A stretch of 64,000 nucleotides of DNA from Spirogloea muscicola (taxonomy: Eukaryota): assembly GCA_009602725.1 (NCBI GenBank), contig WELB01000011.1, positions 521,638-585,637 of the forward strand. Reading direction: 5' to 3'. Position 1 is the stretch's first letter. Every line of letters starts with the position of its first letter. Below are positions 63,401-64,000 of the stretch, one piece after another. Below the pieces are notes generated by a model. It searched no databases. It saw only the letters and a program-made list of their open reading frames with translations, and had not been told where the DNA came from. The position numbers and the translations under genes are program-made.

Positions 63401-64000
63401 GGCGGAGCACTGGCAGCAGGTCCGTGAGGTTCAAAAGCGCCCTTGAAGTGGCCCCCACACAGGCTTCGGTGGACTTTGACCAACTGCTCATACATTCTTG
63501 CCGCTAGCTTATTCCTAAGAATCTCTTAAGCCTCGTTGTAGAACATACAGAAGCCACATTCTAGGTATGTGCAACAGTGGCTACTCAATGACTAATTGAT
63601 CATTACTTGCACTCTCACATGTACCAATTACTCGCGCTGCAAGCAAGTTGTAAAGTTCTTGCATATGGAGCTAGACAAGCTTTGCGCAGCACTTGACTCC
63701 TATGTACAATATCTTAGCCACCAGAGCAATGCAGCAGGGTGACGAATGCCTGCACTGCTTATGGATTCCTCAGACTGGCGCATCATAGCCCGTGTGTGTG
63801 GCTTTGTAGCGGTCGAGCAGGTACTGTCCGCTCCGAATTGGTGGATATCTGCAACGGGGAGTGAAAGCTGCCCCTGAGTGTAGGACTCACCCGTAAAACC
63901 AATGCAGAACCAGATCACGTTGCAAACATTTGCAAGAAGGACCTGAGTACTCCGCTTGTGCATAAATCTGCGACCATGACCTTCATGGAGTGGGACTGCC

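Noticed and set aside
63700..63963. Minus-strand ORF at the window end
   Set aside because: It may be the last exon of a neighbouring gene, but there is no recognisable motif to support it.

Overview
Gene-dense eukaryotic nuclear DNA with intron-rich genes and GC-rich first exons. There are four long N gaps, all at gene 5' ends. The gene set (pectin methylesterase, ascorbate oxidase, PRL1, FBL15, At1g05150-like) points to a streptophyte, probably a streptophyte green alga (inference). Fifteen spliced protein genes were reconstructed by eye: a bacterial-type VLRF1 release-factor-like gene, NBP35, FAM133-like, TVP38/DedA, pectinesterase, EF-hand/TPR, U11/U12-65K, SURF1, ASC-1/Rqt4-like, ascorbate oxidase, FHA2, FBL15, RNF25-like, a small green-lineage protein and PRL1. 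Protein identities come from remembered motifs, not database searches, and exon boundaries are approximate. The most striking non-genic signal is a set of nests of 5'-truncated CRE-type non-LTR retrotransposons with a restriction-like endonuclease (RLE), from about five related families. Families A, A', B and E have ORFs ending in (S/T)RGY-stop, and the families carry a 3'-terminal hairpin and pyrimidine tail. The nests are stacked and nested in each other. They occur in all six head-to-tail intergenic regions, just upstream of a gene start, and I saw none in introns or convergent intergenic regions. Other notable points are frequent GC-AG introns, a frameshift in the ASC-1 zinc finger and telomere-like motifs in early introns.
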